The notes beneath the pieces were generated by a model. The model saw nothing but the letters and a program-made list of their open reading frames with translations. It ran no database searches and was not told the DNA's origin. A program made the translations under genes and the position numbers. From positions 1-57,149 of the forward strand of contig CALXXO010000001.1 of assembly GCA_944392705.1 (NCBI GenBank): a DNA stretch of 57,149 bases, given 5' to 3'. The stretch comes from an uncultured Spirochaetaceae bacterium (lineage in GTDB: Bacteria > Spirochaetota > Spirochaetia > Sphaerochaetales > Sphaerochaetaceae). Each line of letters begins with the position of its first letter. Within the stretch, counting starts at the first letter, position 1. Below are positions 55,944 through 57,149 of this stretch, piece after piece.

Positions 55944-55989
55944 ATAAAAGCAAGAAAAATCCAGCCCAAGGCTTATCCCCGGGCTGGAT
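55944..55989 (-). terminator. rho-independent terminator after the BMP-family gene
   Basis: On the minus strand, ATCCAGCCC-ggggataagcctt-GGGCTGGAT is followed by TTTTTCTTGCTTTT. Confidence 0.7.
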
Positions 55990-56008
55990 ATAGACTGCAG
56001 GAATACTA

Positions 56009-57149
56009 TCAATATGCAGCGTTAAGCCATTCAATTCCATCAATCTGCACTGTGAAATATGGTGCGGACTGGAACAATGACTCATGGAATGCACCGTCAA
56101 AGACAGCTTCTTCGGAATCTGCTGTGAAGTCTCCATCTGTATCAAGCGCGAATGCGTGAGTAAGTTCCTCGCCACCAACTGTGAATGTGCTTGTATCGAA
56201 TACCTGCAGTGAACCATCAGCAATAGCTGCTTCAACTTCTGCAACCTTTTCAGCTGTACCAGGAGCTGCGATAGCTTCATTGAGCGGAGTCATCACGACA
56301 GCACCATCTGCCATACCCTTGCACCAATCCTGTGGGATTTCCTCTCCATTTACATATGCCTTGATAGCTTCGTAGAAGTAGATTGCCCAGTCGATTCTTG
56401 TCGAGATGAGGGAAGCATTTGGAGCAACACCTGTCATGTCATTGTTGTATCCAGTATGGAATACACCACGTGACTGTGCTGCAGTTGCAGGTGTCGTGTT
56501 GTCAGAGTGCTGAGAAATCATCACACAGCCCTGATCTGCAAGAGCAAGAGCAGCATCGGACTCTGCAGTTGCATCAGACCATGAACCTACGAATGATACC
56601 TTCATTGTCACAGATGGACATACGGACCTTGCGCCAAGGAAGTACGATGTGAAACCGGAGATAACCTCTGCGAATGAATATGCACCAACATATCCGATAA
56701 CAGCCTGATCAGGAGTAATCTGGCCTTCATCAATCATCTGCTGAAGCTTCATACCTGCAACAACACCAGCGATGTATCTGCCTTCGTAGATATTTGCGAA
56801 AGCATTGTGTGTGTTGTCTCTGCCGTCGAATACAGAAGCACAGTTTGTGCAGCTGATGAACTCGATATCCGGATAATCATCTACGACTTCAAGCATGAAT
56901 GGTTCGAATCCATAGCTGTTATTGATGATAATCTGGCAGCCTTCCTCTGCAGCTTCGATATTAGCATCGATACACGTTGCATCTTCGCCGATATTGAACT
57001 TTGTTACCCATTCAACGTTGATGCCATCTGCCTTGAGAAGTTCAGTAGCTTCATCCCTGCCCCTGATAAAGTTGTAGGTATAGCCCTGGTCATTCTCGTC
57101 ACCGATGCACAAGAGACCTACCTTTACAGTGTTAGGGTCAGACGGTGCT
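56009..57149 (-). CDS. BMP-family ABC substrate-binding protein/lipoprotein, 5'-truncated by the window edge
   Basis: The reading frame stays open to the window end (..APSDPNTVKVGLLCIGDENDQGYTYNF..). The BMP-like pattern continues through the ORF. Confidence 0.8.
   Translation of the reverse strand, partial: APSDPNTVKVGLLCIGDENDQGYTYNFIRGRDEATELLKADGINVEWVTKFNIGEDATCIDANIEAAEEGCQIIINNSYGFEPFMLEVVDDYPDIEFISCTNCASVFDGRDNTHNAFANIYEGRYIAGVVAGMKLQQMIDEGQITPDQAVIGYVGAYSFAEVISGFTSYFLGARSVCPSVTMKVSFVGSWSDATAESDAALALADQGCVMISQHSDNTTPATAAQSRGVFHTGYNNDMTGVAPNASLISTRIDWAIYFYEAIKAYVNGEEIPQDWCKGMADGAVVMTPLNEAIAAPGTAEKVAEVEAAIADGSLQVFDTSTFTVGGEELTHAFALDTDGDFTADSEEAVFDGAFHESLFQSAPYFTVQIDGIEWLNAAY

Noticed and set aside
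55725-56012. 95-aa minus-strand ORF with a TTG start abutting the BMP gene stop
   Set aside because: Its first ~25 codons are the stem-loop and U-run of the BMP gene terminator, and there is no other in-frame start codon. I treat it as non-coding or a decayed remnant (see the finding at 55705-55943).
1-57149. CRISPR arrays, IS elements, integrases, prophage or toxin-antitoxin modules
   Set aside because: I saw no regularly spaced direct repeats, no transposase-, integrase- or phage-like translations and no paired small-gene modules on either strand.

Overview
This is a 57-kb, densely coded chromosomal segment with about 50 CDS and one tRNA. I found no rRNA, CRISPR array, transposase, integrase or phage genes. 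A TolC-like outer-membrane factor, an outer-membrane-barrel-like fragment and periplasmic adaptor/SBP genes indicate a diderm bacterium. Signal peptides ending in ..FANG/..YAGG, two BMP-family binding proteins and a poly-G tract in a lipoprotein gene loosely suggest Spirochaetota (Treponema/Sphaerochaeta-like). That taxonomic guess is inference only. Transport dominates the content: four MATE efflux paralogs, two EamA/DMT exporters, a MacAB-TolC-type tripartite pump, a TRAP transporter with a divergent LysR regulator, TrkAH, a BMP-type ABC importer, a polar amino-acid ABC importer, an orphan MsmK-like ATPase, a FeoA-FeoB fusion, a CNNM/CorC-family protein and an ArsB/NhaD-type permease. Housekeeping genes are cysK, ung, an M18 aminopeptidase, manA, a CyuA-like cysteine desulfidase, a DEDDh exonuclease and aspartate kinase. 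The most noteworthy observations are as follows. (1) A G9 homopolymer sits inside the 5' end of a beta-helix surface-lipoprotein gene, and both +1 and -1 slippage hit stop codons almost at once, making it a candidate phase-variation switch. (2) The BMP-type ABC operon ends in a cytoplasmic fusion of a sialidase-like repeat domain to a DUF3604/PHP-like metallohydrolase domain, and lies divergent from a Crp-family regulator, a FucI-like isomerase and a MATE gene. (3) A DUF1538 membrane protein with an internal two-fold repeat is translationally coupled to a fused tandem P-II-like protein. (4) An AT-rich patch holds a start-less outer-membrane-barrel fragment, a small acidic ORF and a perfect 14-bp inverted repeat. 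(5) The CNNM gene has a structured leader with an 8-nt anti-SD. (6) A stand-alone tRNA-Gly(CCC) has C at T-loop position 55. All calls come from reading the sequence and translations by eye. No database search, HMM scan or GC calculation was run.
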